A DNA stretch of 64,000 nucleotides from Lytechinus pictus (lineage: Eukaryota), in the NCBI RefSeq assembly GCF_037042905.1, contig NC_087252.1, positions 3,598,001 through 3,662,000 of the forward strand, given 5' to 3'. The translations under genes and the position numbers were made by a program. Shown here piece by piece: positions 51,732 through 64,000 of the stretch. Position 1 is the stretch's first letter; each line of letters begins with the position of its first letter. Under the pieces are notes generated by a model. That model had not been told where the DNA came from and did not search any database. It saw only the letters and a list, made by a program, of their open reading frames with translations.

Positions 51732-51810
51732 TCCGACTTCGAATAAAAAAGCTAGTACCTGGAGAGTGACGATCAAGACTTTGACAAGTTGGCCGACAGA
51801 CTGGCGAATT

Positions 51811-51820
51811 ATATTTATAC
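51811..51820 (-). promoter_or_regulatory. Candidate TATA box of CYP copy C
   Basis: Minus-strand GTATAAATAT about 85 bp upstream of the ATG; position plausible, TSS unknown. Confidence 0.35.
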
Positions 51821-53289
51821 ACACACAATGTGTGACGTAGGCTGTTATTCTGATGTCATGATTTGAATATATTGCATGCATAGCTAGCAACACGGGCCAA
51901 TAGTTTGCTGAACTTTAGAAAGGACTTAGACACCCCCAGTGGATAGACTGGGAGAATAAGGGACGCCAACCTCCTGATAACAGGAGATATATCATACATT
52001 TCACACCAACTATAACAATATTTGTCGGTACATCTTGGGGGGTTGATCTATAAAGTTTTCTGCTTAATTCTCATTTACCGTAATTTGCATCTTTTAGATT
52101 CCTCAGTTCCACTCCCCTCCCCCATTTATAAATCATTATTGAGCCCCATCCGCTCCAAGATGACCAATATGATTTCAAGTACCATTTCAAGTAGAATCAT
52201 GTCGATTGTTATCAATGTGAATAACTTATCCCTGGTCCCAGGAGTACCCCCACCCTCATCATAAGGCGCAGATCCAGAGGCCAGGCACCTGCTGCCCCCC
52301 CCCCCCTCCGGATCCTCTCTTAGTTTTTTCTTTCTTTCATTCTTTCTTTCTCTTTCTTTCTTTCATTCTTTCTTTCTCTTTCTTTCTTTCTTTCTTTCAT
52401 TCTTTCTTTCTTTTTCTTTATTTCTTTCATTCTTTCTTTCTCTTTCTTTCTTTCTTTCTTGTTGTTTTCGGAGGTAACTCTGTACTTTCGCGGAGGGGAA
52501 TTTGTTTTGTGTGTTGTTGTTTTTTTTTCGATTTTAGTGTGCGTGACATGATTTTTGGTTTCGTTTTAAACGCTCTCATGAAACCTTCATTATTATGATT
52601 GATATACGCCATTATATGAAAATGTTCTCTCTCTTCATTCGTTCCTCTTTCTTTTTTATTTTCTTTTCAAAACTATCCTCCAATCCCTCACCGTTTCCCT
52701 CCTCACCAAACAAATCCTGGTTTTATGGAATCATTCATCTGGTCTCCTTTTATAAAAACTTGTTATAATAACATTTTTTCAATAGCAGTTCAAAAGCTAC
52801 GGTCTTTATGTAATAGTGCCCAGGTTATGCCGTTAGACAAAGACGTCAATCAATTGCAAATTTTAATTAATTGTTTTGGTTTATAATTAACTATTTTGGT
52901 TGATAAAAAAAATATTTCTATCAATATTCTCATGCAATGTCAAATTTCATAGACTATTATAAATACTTACGTTTTAGTCCTAATCCGGACTTTGTTCGTA
53001 GACTAAAAAGGTCTTATCCGTTTCATGGCCAAAGTACAATGAGAAACTGACGAAATTATTTGCACAATTACAAAGTATTCCCTAAAAAGGAAATCGAACA
53101 ATTCGAATGTTGATGAAATACTAGATGAAAATTTCGTTTGCTATCTGTCAATATTCCAATACCATTTCCATAAAAGGGGAATCGTGTGCATGTGCGTGTG
53201 TGTGGGGTGAGTGGGTAGGTGGGTGGGAGGGGATCCGTGCCACATAGTGGGTGCAGTTTCTGTTTTTAATCACACCGTACCCAGATTAA

Positions 53290-53866
53290 AGGGATGGTCC
53301 GGGCTGAAAGTATGTATAGCTTAATAAATAGATTACAATTCACTGAGCAAAATGCCGAAAATTTCATCAAAATCGGATAACAAATAACAAAGTTATTGAA
53401 TTTTAAAGTTTAGCAATATTTTGTGAAAATAGTCGTCATGAATATTCATTAGATGGGCTGATGATGTCACATCTCCACTTGTTCTTTTCTATTTTATTGT
53501 ATGAAATTAGGTTTATTCAAATTTGTTCCTCCAAGAACTAGAAAAATTGGATTGACAACTGAATAGTGCATTAGATAGTTATTGCTGCAACTTATTTCAT
53601 TATAAGGGAGACATATTATTCACACAAGTATGAAATAATGAAAAAAATATGATTTTATGTAATAACATAAGAAAACGGAAAGTGGAGATGTGACATCATC
53701 AGCCCACCTAATGAAAATTCATGACGACTGTTTTTACAAAATATTGCTAAACTTTAAACTTCAATAACTTTATTTGTTATCCGATTTTGATGAAAGTTTC
53801 GGCATTTTGCTCAGTGAATTCTACTCTATGTATTTAGATATAAATATGTTCAGCCCGGACCATCCT
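53290..53866. mobile_element. Fold-back MITE, Kolobok-like (TTAA-AGG start), long TIRs
   Basis: TTAAAGGGATGGTCCGGGCTGAA ... TTCAGCCCGGACCATCCT; arms pair for roughly 190 bp. Related relics near 13735, 26400-26990 and 45593. Confidence 0.75.
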
Positions 53867-54519
53867 AAGTACTTGGCTGGAATGCGATTCATTCTTGCTG
53901 TAGCACCTCGTGGGTAAAACTGCTAAATCCGGCCAATAATCGTCTGAGTAAAACAAAATATTGCGCTTTAGAAACCCCTTGTTCGAGGGCGCAAACACAC
54001 TCATTTACGAACATAATATAGTAGGATTATCAATTTAGATATACCACATTAAGGTGGCTTAATGAGAAAACAAATTTGATGGGTCAGAATATACCATGAT
54101 TAGGCAAAACTTTTCACGAGCAAGCAAAAGAAATGATGAGCTTGAAATCTGTTTTGGTGATTTTGGGGAAAAAATCAACAAAAAATAAAATTTTATTTTC
54201 ATTTTTGTTTTCTTTCTTTTTATTTTGTCTCTTTTTTTCTTTGTCAGCGAATCTTTCGGGACCAAGTGCCCTGGAGGTTCCCCTTCAATCCATCCGATTT
54301 CACCATACTGACTATAACTCATGTCACCATAACCAGCCTGCTTCTAGGCCTAATCTTTTGAAAGTAAAACATGATATCAACAGAGTCATATTACTTTGTT
54401 ATTAATAACTTTTTTTTTGCATTTGATTTTTTTTCATCCCACACCCTCACGCCCTTTCACACGCATGTATGTCTCCGTCCTAAGATATCTGACAGCAAAT
54501 GAAAAAAAATCATAGAACA

Positions 54520-54682
54520 CAGGGGCCGCGGAAGCGTGGGGGCTGGGGGACTTTAGCCCCCCCCCCCCCCCCCACTTTTTCCAAAACCGTGTACAAAAAC
54601 GTAAAAATGACCATAAGATTGTGATTTTTTTCATGGTCAGCCCCCCACCCCCCTCACTTTGAAAACCGTTCCGCGGCCCCTG
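54520..54682. mobile_element. MITE with 5-bp TSD; second, damaged copy near 42337-42479
   Basis: TIRs CAGGGGCCGCGGAA / TTCCGCGGCCCCTG; TSD GAACA at 54515-54519 and 54683-54687. Confidence 0.85.
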
Positions 54683-56704
54683 GAACAGTCAGATGCGCCC
54701 GTTATTTCGATGGTTTTGGTTTGTTATTCCGAATGTTCATTATTCCACTGGTTCGCCATTTCGAAACATGAAAATCGGATACAGTCTCTAGCAAGATGTT
54801 CGTTGGCCCGAAAAAAAAAATAGTTAATCCAACATTTTTGTTTGCATTATTCCGAAGGTTCGTTATCGCGAATTAAAATAAGATTCTTTCTTTTCTAAAG
54901 ATTTGATAATCTGAAAATTAAACAAGGTCTGCGGCGACTAATGAACTGTTCGAAACTTATTTAAACTACGACTCTTCAGAATAAATGTAATGGAAAGGAG
55001 TACGGTATTTGAATTATGTGTAAGGAAAATGCATTATAATCATTTTATGATTGTACAATTATTAATGACAAATACGCGAACAGTACCACCCCATACACCC
55101 TTAAAAAGTATATTTCAAATATTTCCTGCCTATTTTCAACGTTTCACCAAATTAAAAACGAATTTTCCATTCATCTCAAATACATGTTTACAAAATGGCC
55201 AGTATTGTCCTACTCAGAATAGACTCGTCCTTCACAAAATCAAATTTAAACAGTTCCTACTTTGTTTAAACAACACTTGCATGCCTTGTGTGAATTTGTA
55301 TTAACATTATCCGTTTAATGCATTGAATGCACTTTTTACAGCAACAAATATTTGTTTCATCCTTTAGACTGGATTTTCTTTTGGGGGGAAGGGGGATAAT
55401 AAGATTTTTCATAAACTGCTACAGGAGGCGGCTTACTTCATTTACATTTTAATCAAATACCAGTCTTCAACGCATAAAAGATGCCATTAAATTCATCTTA
55501 ATAATACATCAAATTAGGAAAATTCATTAGGAAGTAAACAAAACTTTATTTAGCATTTATAACATGGTATTTCAAATTCAGACAAACGGATTCTAAGAAA
55601 AGGATTATTAAAATGATTCGTTAAGTTTTATTCATGTCAAAGTCATATTATGTAACATAAAATCTATCGTTGATGAAATCTTTCTTTAAAAGCTCTCTTA
55701 CAGTATAGAGTAAAAAAAAACAATGAAGTGGATATGCTATATTTCTTATAGGCCTAATTATTGTCACTACATTCTACTAACTTTCGATACATTCTATTAA
55801 TTTTCTTCAGATTTCACCCTTTCTAAGCAGGATCTAATAACGATGAATAAAATCTATTTCATAAACTATATCACTTCTAGTAGAACCTGATAAAATGTTT
55901 TAAAACAGTTGTACATCTTTGCGCTTTACAGAACGTATATATTCTCTTAGTTTCAAGAAATACTGCTAGTCAACTCTGACAAAAACATGAAGCAAAATCT
56001 AATTGAATATCGAAAACATAAATATGAAGGATGAATGGTGCATTAAAAATGATATCTAAGCTATTTGAGTCATTTATGTCACATTCAAATCAGCGAAACC
56101 GACTCCAGACCGACCTAACTATTACGGTTATTTCCAAAAACCGTCGGTTTGAATTCGGTTAGGTTGGTGTTACTGTATCTTTAGTAGGGTTAAAAGGTAA
56201 GTGTTCCTATGCTTGAATTTCACATCTCGGGTTTGAACCAAAATACAATAATCAAATACCTCCCTACGTTTCACTTCTGATAGGCAGAAAATAATATTGG
56301 ATGAAATTTTCATTAGAGCCTCAGTTAAAAATGAAGCACAACCCCGTCCAACTTGTCTCTTAAATTTATACAAGCTTTGGCAGTATGGATAGGCTTACAT
56401 TTGGGTATACAAGATTTTGAGAAAAGAATATATATCAGTACCGCATTAATTTTTTCTTAGTTTTTCTGAATAGTTTTTTTTTTTGTCTTTCTTTCTTTCT
56501 TTTTTCCTAATAATACGTATTGAACTGCAAAACATGATACAGAAAAGGTCATGAATCATAGCACTTTTTAATTATCTCATAATGTGTTTCTTTTAAACAG
56601 GCGTTTTATCGGAAACAAAGACAGAATGATACTACGGAATCACCACTTGTTGAAAGACTCATAAATACTGCATCTTTTACACCATTGGATATGTCTAAAT
56701 CAAA

Positions 56705-56882
56705 CTGGTGGGTGTTTCATAAAGCTGTTCGTAAGTTAAGAGCGACTTTAAGAACGACTGGTGATCCTTTCTTATTATGGCGAATGGTATTCATTAGCGT
56801 TGGTTTTGCGCGTAAGAAAGGATCACCAGTTGTTCTTAAAGTCGCTCTTAACTTACGAACAGCTTTATGAAACAGCCACCTG
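56705..56882. mobile_element. Palindromic MITE
   Basis: GTTTCATAAAGCTGTTCGTAAGTTAAGAGCGACTTTAAGAAC is mirrored by GTTCTTAAAGTCGCTCTTAACTTACGAACAGCTTTATGAAAC. Confidence 0.8.
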
Positions 56883-57372
56883 GTTGTAATTTAAAGTATA
56901 TATACACGCCTAAGTTTTGCGGTAGAGGTTATAATCTGAAGAATAAAGTAAAATTAAACTACTTTGTGAGTTGATTTAGAATTGCTCTACCGTTTAATTC
57001 TCTTTAGTCTGCCATATAGAATGATGTATGTTTTACAAAGATTTGAGTGTGACCTGGGGAGTGTTCCATCAACATTTTCATCCGACAAGTTGTCAGATCT
57101 GACATCTTTTTCTGATGTTGATTGGCTGAGCGGTACTGTTACTATGGTAACTGTCGGATAAATGGGACTTGTCGGATAAAACGTCCGACAAGTCCTTTCA
57201 TGAAACGCCCCCCTGATATACTTAAGTCAAATTTTATTGCAGACGAGCACATGCTTTTTTCTGTTTTTTTTTTCTTCTCTTTTATTTGCGAGTTCAAGTC
57301 ACACTTACAATCTTTGTGAAACATCGCAGAATAATTAGATTATAGACAGATAGAGGTTGATCGAAATCTCGT

Positions 57373-60300
57373 TTAGACAATTTTGTCTGCCCTGGGTACA
57401 GCTTTGAGAGTAACACCGTTTGGTGGAGTAAGGAAGCCAGACATGCCGTACTTCGGAGGAATCTAAATGAAAATAATTATGATGAATTTTAAAAATTGAA
57501 GTCATAAATTGAATGTCAGAGAGGGCACCCCACCACAAATAAGAACAACAACAACAACAAAATAACCTTTTTGTCTGATCAGGGGTCCGTTGCAGAAAGA
57601 GTTGCGATCAAATGAAATTACTCAACAAATCAAACAGAACTTGATTTTCAACCAATGAAATGCATGTATTTGGGACTTGCGTTTGATTTTTGTTTTAAGT
57701 TGTGATCAAAGGCATCTCTTTCTGCAACTAGCCCCAGCACATTCCGATACACTGACTGGAAATTAAGGATACAGGTTCTAATACTGCGATAACACTTATT
57801 AATTAGCATATTATTACTGAGAAGTTTGCAAATAATTATGACCCGATATTTAGCTCGAAAATGGAAAAGTAAGTCATCTTCCCCCTTATCTTTGACTCGG
57901 CTTCATCAAAATTAAGAGAATATTCATCCCATTCCCAGAAATTTTAGTTTTAGGTCATATTTCGAAATGTGGGGAAAAGCTGCAAAGGAAAAAATTAGGT
58001 GTAAGTGGTATGATGATTTAAAAAAAACAATGAACAGAATTTCTAACAAGGAAAAAAAGGACTCAGAGGTGGTGTGTATGGTGCGCCGTTTCCCCAATTA
58101 TTTATTTCACGGTGACACTTTGGCCCGTATTCTGAAGTCAGGTTTAACTTAGACCATGGTCTAACTCTGTGCTAAAATTATGGGGAGCCAAACATTCAAA
58201 AATTATGTTTGTATTGTATATTTCTTATGTTTACTATTTTGTTTCCTTTTGCTTTCATAATGAAGAATAATACTTCAGTTACAGGGGCGGATCCAGCTTT
58301 CGCCAATAGGGGGGGGGGCCGAAAAAAAATGTACCCATATTTTCCCAGATGGGCAGCTCAAAGTTGATTTTTGTTTGTTTCTTTGCAGGAGTAGTCCTAA
58401 CGGTCACTTCTTAGCTTTATTCTCAAAAAACATAAATAATGCCATATACGCCTTAATTGAATAGTACGAGCGCGAGCTAATTTTTACGGAAATTTCATGT
58501 ATTTTGTCCTGAAAATTGAATATACTGAGCAATGATTGTGATCGTGAACAAGCTGTGTATGTAACTAAATAATTACTGCGAGCGCGAATCGCTAGCAGAA
58601 ATCTTTAATATACGTTCTGGCCTGATGGAAAACAGACCGTAAGAACTGTTTGCAGTTACCCATGAAAACAATACATATTTCAACAATCAAATAATGCGAG
58701 CGCAAATCGCGAGCTGAAAATTTATGACATTTTGACCTAGAATATGGACATTCTAATCTAAGCACTTTTTGTAATCATATACATAATAGGTATGTAACTT
58801 AACATTTCATGCGAGCGCGAAGCGCGAGCGAAAAAATGAGATTTATACCTAAAAACGGGACACACTATTCATGTTTCGTAAATCACAAAAATTATGACTA
58901 ATTGGGTATATTCCTCCATTAATAATGCGAGCGCGAAGCGCGACAGGAAAACTTTTGATATTCTGATATGAAACTGGAATATTCAAGCACGTTTTGAATA
59001 AAGAACAAACTGCGTGTTTTTGAGATTTAGACCTAGAATATGCATTCTAGATACATTTCTTTTATCATGAAAATCAATAAAGCGCAAGCGCGAGCTGAAA
59101 AAAAAATTGAAGGCGTTCTGAAGAGGGTCAATTTAAGCACTATTTCAAGCATCGTAGGAAAATTGTGAAGTGGATATGGATCGTACTTGAATGATGCGAG
59201 CGCGAGTCGATTTTTTTTTATTAATATTATTTAGACCAAGCACCCGGAGAAATTGTAAGGACATTTTGTCATCATATGAAAATGACTATTTTTTCCTATT
59301 CCTCTTCCTAATCGCGAGATGAAACTTGTCGATATCGATATTCCATTCTGAAAAAGGGACAATATTTCATTATTAGGAATTCGTGAAACTGTTACCTTAT
59401 TTATCAATCGAATATTAATGAGAGCTCGAAATCTGTTGATATTAAGGCCTGCAACAGGATATTTTAAGCATTTTTGTTATACTGTTTTACAGCCTACTTG
59501 TGCACATATGGTAATCCTCCTATCGAGCTAATCGGCCGTTGATGGGGTGCAGGAGACCCATGTGCAGGAGAATGTCTTGATGCACGCAGTTGCGGTAGCG
59601 TGGTTTACCTACAGTTTGTGAACTAACAGAATGCAGTGCCACTGCAAGTAGGTCTGGGATCGGGCCGGCTGTTACGAGGCTGTAAATTAAACATGGGTAT
59701 AATACCCCTTCGTACCTTTCTTTCGGTTTTTTCAGCGTTTCTGTCAAGTTAAAAGGATTCTTTTTTGGTTGCCAAAAAATAGGGGGGCCGGGGCCGGCTC
59801 TGCCTCCCTTGGATCCGCGCCTGAGTTATCATTCCCAGGCAATTACAAACAATTCATATCAAACAAACAAATCATATCAGGTTATAAATTGAATGTGTAC
59901 TGTTAGGGATTTGTGCTCCAATTGGCTCTCCATAGTTAAACCACAACTTTAAACCAGGGTTTAACTTAAACTCGAGTACAGAATACGGGCCTCTATATCA
60001 AAGTTATTGGGAAAGTGGTTGTGTATTCGTAATTACTTACTTCCGTCTGTGCGCAGGTCTCAAAACGGAAGTTCTGAAGCACCCGCACAACCGCCATCTT
60101 GGTTTCCATGAGAGCAAAACGCATACCGATACAATTACGAGGACCAGCACCGAATGGTTGCCAAGCGAATGGATGCTGTTTGGCTCGGGCCTCTTTGGTG
60201 AATCTGCGGTAATGCGAGGGAATAACATAATAAGAAAATGTAACTTTAAACTTTGCATTTTTTCACTTAATTTGCTAAAAAGTCTCAGATAGCCTGCTCT

Positions 60301-61240
60301 AAAAGAAGCAAACATAACGGAGACAAATCATTTCTCAAGATGTTTATATAAGCTGCAGAATTCTGATCTAGGCATGCCATATTGATGAGGCCTACTTGAT
60401 CCTTATGTGTAAATGATTAAACATTCAAGTATAAAAAACATCTTTTAATTGTCTCATTGTGCTCACATCAAACTATAAAATATATATATTTGAGGAGCAA
60501 GCTTTCATACTTTTTAAACCTTTGGTCTTTTTGGACATTCTCAAGCCAAGTGGTAAACATGGTCAATGGCAGATGTCTATCTGGTTCATAGTGATCTGAT
60601 CATTGGACATCAAGCAGCTCATGTTAATCGTATTACTCATCACTTGGCTTGGAACCCACGATACCCTGATTGCTAGGAGAGAGTCATAACCACTAGACCA
60701 CTACGTTTCCAAAAAAGAAAATGATATTACCTTTCTGGATCAAACTTCTCTGGATCTGGCCAGTACGTGGGATCGCGATGAATGTTGTAAATTGGTATGA
60801 AGACCTGAGTGCCCTTCTCAATCTTGAAACCGTTATGCTCAAATGTCTCGTGACACATCCGGTTCGAACTGTGGTAATGGCGTAGAACAAAAACGTTTGG
60901 TTGACAAGGTAAAAAAAGGCATCCTTTATCATTTTTTAAGGAATTACAGGAAGCACAATCAGCATATCATCTAGACTTATTTATTCTATAAAAGGTTGCA
61001 TAAAATAGACCAAACTCACATAGCAGCGGGAGGAAACAGCCGAAGCGTTTCACAGACTACTTGATCCAGGTAAGGCATGGTTGCAATTGACTTATACCCG
61101 ACACTGTCGCGTGAGGGCGTCACCTCGTCAACCTCTAGGATAAGTTTCTCCTGGATGTTGGGATTCGTTGACAAGGCGTAGAAGATGTACCCCAGGAGAG
61201 TGGTGGTTGTCTCGGCTCCAGCGGTGAAGAAAATTAGCAT
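57373..61240 (-). CDS. Cytochrome P450 clan 3, copy D, 3' part (exons 10-13); exons 1-9 not in window
   Basis: Exons 61020-61240 ([14 protein letters not shown]), 60731-60868 (..DPER), 60041-60203 ([15 protein letters not shown]), 57373-57462 ([19 protein letters not shown]). Sizes 221/138/163/90 are identical to copies B and C. Confidence 0.92.
58122..59991. mobile_element. MITE with GGCCCGTATTCTG TIRs, split by the nested 58282-59823 insertion
   Basis: TIRs GGCCCGTATTCTG / CAGAATACGGGCC; uninterrupted sister copy at 3046-3326. Confidence 0.8.
58282..59823. mobile_element. Non-autonomous DNA transposon, about 1.5 kb, 5-bp TSD, nested in a MITE
   Basis: TIRs CAGGGGCGGATCCA / TGGATCCGCGCCTG; TSD AGTTA at 58277-58281 and 59824-59828; body homologous to the 9864-11850 region. 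Confidence 0.85.
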
Positions 61241-61999
61241 CTGTAAATGTGACAAAACGTGTATGTCATATAAATTGCATGACATCGAATTTAAATGTAC
61301 AATGTCGTTTTGTGGCATCCCTGGCGGCAGTAGCGGACTGTGACCCGGAGGAGACAAAGCATTGGAGGGGCACTGTATTGTTTGTGAACAATGCTGTGCC
61401 CCCCCCCCCCCCCCCAATGCTTTGTCTTTTCCGGGTCACGGTCCGCCACTGCCTGGCGGTGACACGACATTTGCTCCTGTGACAATGGCTCCGGTCTTAA
61501 TTTCGTGTAAGATGTAGGGTTAGGGCTGCAATAGAGTTTGTATGTTAGGTTTAGAGTCAGGTTTAGAGAAGTGTATAGTGTTAAACCAAGGGCTGAATTT
61601 GGTCCTTCGATTAGTGTGTGGAATTTAGAACGGAGGAAATGCCATGGAACCTCTCCGGCAAGGTGCTGTTCCAGTTCTTACCTACACTTCCTGTCTCCCG
61701 ATACCATGCCTGCTTCGTCCAGTAGTAAGGAGTTATGACGGTACATTACGCCCAGGTAGAGTCAATATAATTATCAAAGCTCTTACATGGTACGAATATA
61801 TGAGGCGCCGAATGTTCCAATATTATATAGAACAATTATTTGTTATATAATCATTATTTATTAAATAATAACTATTATTTATATATAATTTACATTTTAT
61901 TTATAAATAACTACTATTATATAAAATATCATTTCTAATTATTTATAAATAATTGCAAGTAATACTTCATTATTTGTAAATAATAATAGTTCGACATTC

Positions 62000-62330
62000 C
62001 ATTATTTACAAATAATGATTATTTGTTTTTCATTATTTATAAATAATGATTATTTGTTTTTCATTATTTATAAATAATGATTATTTGTTTTTCATTATTT
62101 ATAAATAATGATTATTTGTTTTTCATTATTTATAAATAATGATTATTTGTTTTTCATTATTTACAAATAATGATTATTTGTTTTTCATTATTTATAAATA
62201 ATGATTATTTGTTTTTCATTATTAATAAATAATGATTATTTGTTTTTCATTATTTACAAATAATGATTATTTGTTTTTCATTATTTATAAATAATGATTA
62301 TTTGTTTTTCATTATTTATAAATAATTTGT
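62000..62330. repeat. 31-bp AT-rich tandem repeat, about 10 copies, with palindromic core
   Basis: Unit CATTATTTATAAATAATGATTATTTGTTTTT; degenerate copies extend over about 61850-62700. Confidence 0.92.
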
Positions 62331-63383
62331 TGAGTTTTCCATTATTTATAAATAATGATTATTTGTTAAATAATGAAAACGTCTACTTCATTATTTATAA
62401 ATAATTTTTTCGAGTGCACCATTATTCTCATTATTTATAAATAATCATTATTTAATGTTCGAGTTTTCCATTATTTATAAATAAAGATTATTTGTTAAAT
62501 AATGAAATATCTACTTCATTATTTATAAATAATAAGTTTGTTTCAATATCCCATTATTTATTAATAATCATTATTTATAAACAATTTTTACAGTTTGCCA
62601 TTATATACAAATAATCATTATTTATATACAAATAACCATTATTTATTAAATAATGCCATTATTTATTAAATAATGCCATTATTTATTAAATAATGGAAAA
62701 CTCGCTATAACATGCAAATGTGGGACCGCCCATGATATGAATATTCATGATGCGATTTCCTTTTTCGTGATTTTTCTTCACAAATTTTTGTCCATTTCCT
62801 CTTCATAATGACATTTCTTGAAGCAATTTTCTAGGGATATGGTCTGATTGTAATATTCTTCATTTCTATGTAACTTCGTCTTCGTAGAAATATCAAAAAG
62901 TGTAATTTTATACGATTTTTCCTACAGTTCACAATCCCCATAGGCGCGCGTGTATCGTAGGGACAACCGGTGAATCGACGGAGTGCTCTTCATCGAAATA
63001 CTACGTTGGTTGGTCCCCGGAAGTGGCGGGCGGAATTTAGCCCGAATCCTCGATGGAAGTCGATCAAGTGCATATGAGCTGAGAGAGTGAAATATCAGTG
63101 TACTTGTACAGGCCCTTCTACTTTTTATAAATATTTCTTGTTGCTTTTTTTGTTAAGTTAATTTTTCCTGGTGTAGAGATAAGTTTCAGTTCTAATAATG
63201 CACTTCAAATACATTTTGGAGTGTCTGTTTGAGGCGTTTGGGGCGATTTCACCCTGGCCCCAAAATGCTCGCAACGACAATACGGGGGCATGATGACCTC
63301 TAAATTTTTAAAAACTTATTTTTCTATTGAAAATTATCACAAAATTCACCAAAAGTGTGCACGAAAGCCTTCGTATTTCACTT

Positions 63384-64000
63384 TTAAAACTCCAAAAAGT
63401 GCCCAAATGACAAGCTTGGTCGCTTCGCTGTGTCGCTTTCAACTTGAGAACGTTTACGCGTCTGCTTCCCCCCCCCCCCCCACCTCCTCCGAAAGAAATT
63501 CTGTATACGGCCATGCTCTAAAGAGCCTGGCACATTGATTTATGTATACTTTCATTTTCATTATTTTTATCTCATTATCAACATGGCCTTACGCAGAATT
63601 TTTTCCAGGGGGGCCGGGGCCGGAGCATGACCGTAGACGCGCGTAAACTTTCTCAAAAAAATCTTGAAAGCGAGACAGCGACGCGACCAAGCTCAAATTA
63701 CAAGCTTGGTCGCTTCGCTTTTTCAAGATTTTTATGAGAAAGTTTACGCGCGTCCTGCTCCCCCCACCCCCCCCCCCCCCCCCCGGAAAAAATTCTGCAT
63801 AAGGCCATGATGATAATGAGATAAAAATAATGAAAATGAAGTATACATAAATCAATGTGCCAGGCTCTTTAGAGCATGGCCGTATACAGAATTTCTTTCG
63901 GAGGAGGGGGGGGGGGAAGCAGACGCGTAAACTTTCTCAAGTTGAAAGCGACACAGCGAAGCGACCAAGCTTGTCATTTGGGCACTTTTTGGAGTTTTAA
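63384..64000. repeat. Inverted duplication centred on a MITE (63582-63809), running off the right edge
   Basis: 63384-63612 is the near-exact reverse complement of about 63778-64000. Confidence 0.9.

Noticed and set aside
51895..51930. TGAACT nuclear-receptor half-sites upstream of copies C and A as xenobiotic response elements
   Set aside because: Single hexamers are expected by chance; no well-spaced repeat conserved across paralogs.
61495..61600. AGGGTTAGGG-like motifs as interstitial telomere
   Set aside because: Only one or two degenerate units inside an apparent dispersed repeat.

Overview
AT-rich, intron-containing animal genomic DNA. The repeat content (tRNA-derived SINEs, GC-tipped MITEs, CR1/L2-group LINE) suggests a sea urchin or other echinoderm; this is inference. 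The window holds a head-to-tail array of four clan-3 cytochrome P450 genes (CYP3/CYP5-like), all on the minus strand, rebuilt exon by exon from GT-AG sites. Copy A has exons 1-9 and runs off the left edge. Copy B is complete (13 exons, 544 aa). Copy C is complete (13 exons, 542 aa). Copy D shows only exons 10-13. Intron 1 of copy C carries an antisense 5'-truncated LINE with an open 1042-aa PHD-APE-RT ORF. The most notable unannotated signals are: a fully paired 72-nt tRNA cloverleaf with a UCA (opal-reading) anticodon inside a dispersed repeat; a minimal Penelope-type hammerhead ribozyme; a SINE whose 3' stem-loop matches the LINE 3' end; patchwork identity between CYP paralogs suggesting gene conversion; CAGGGG-ended elements with 5-bp target duplications carrying arrays of a GCGC-GAA-GCGC mini-hairpin; and an inverted duplication at the right edge. 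Nearly all short ORFs in the supplied track are exon fragments or repeat artefacts.
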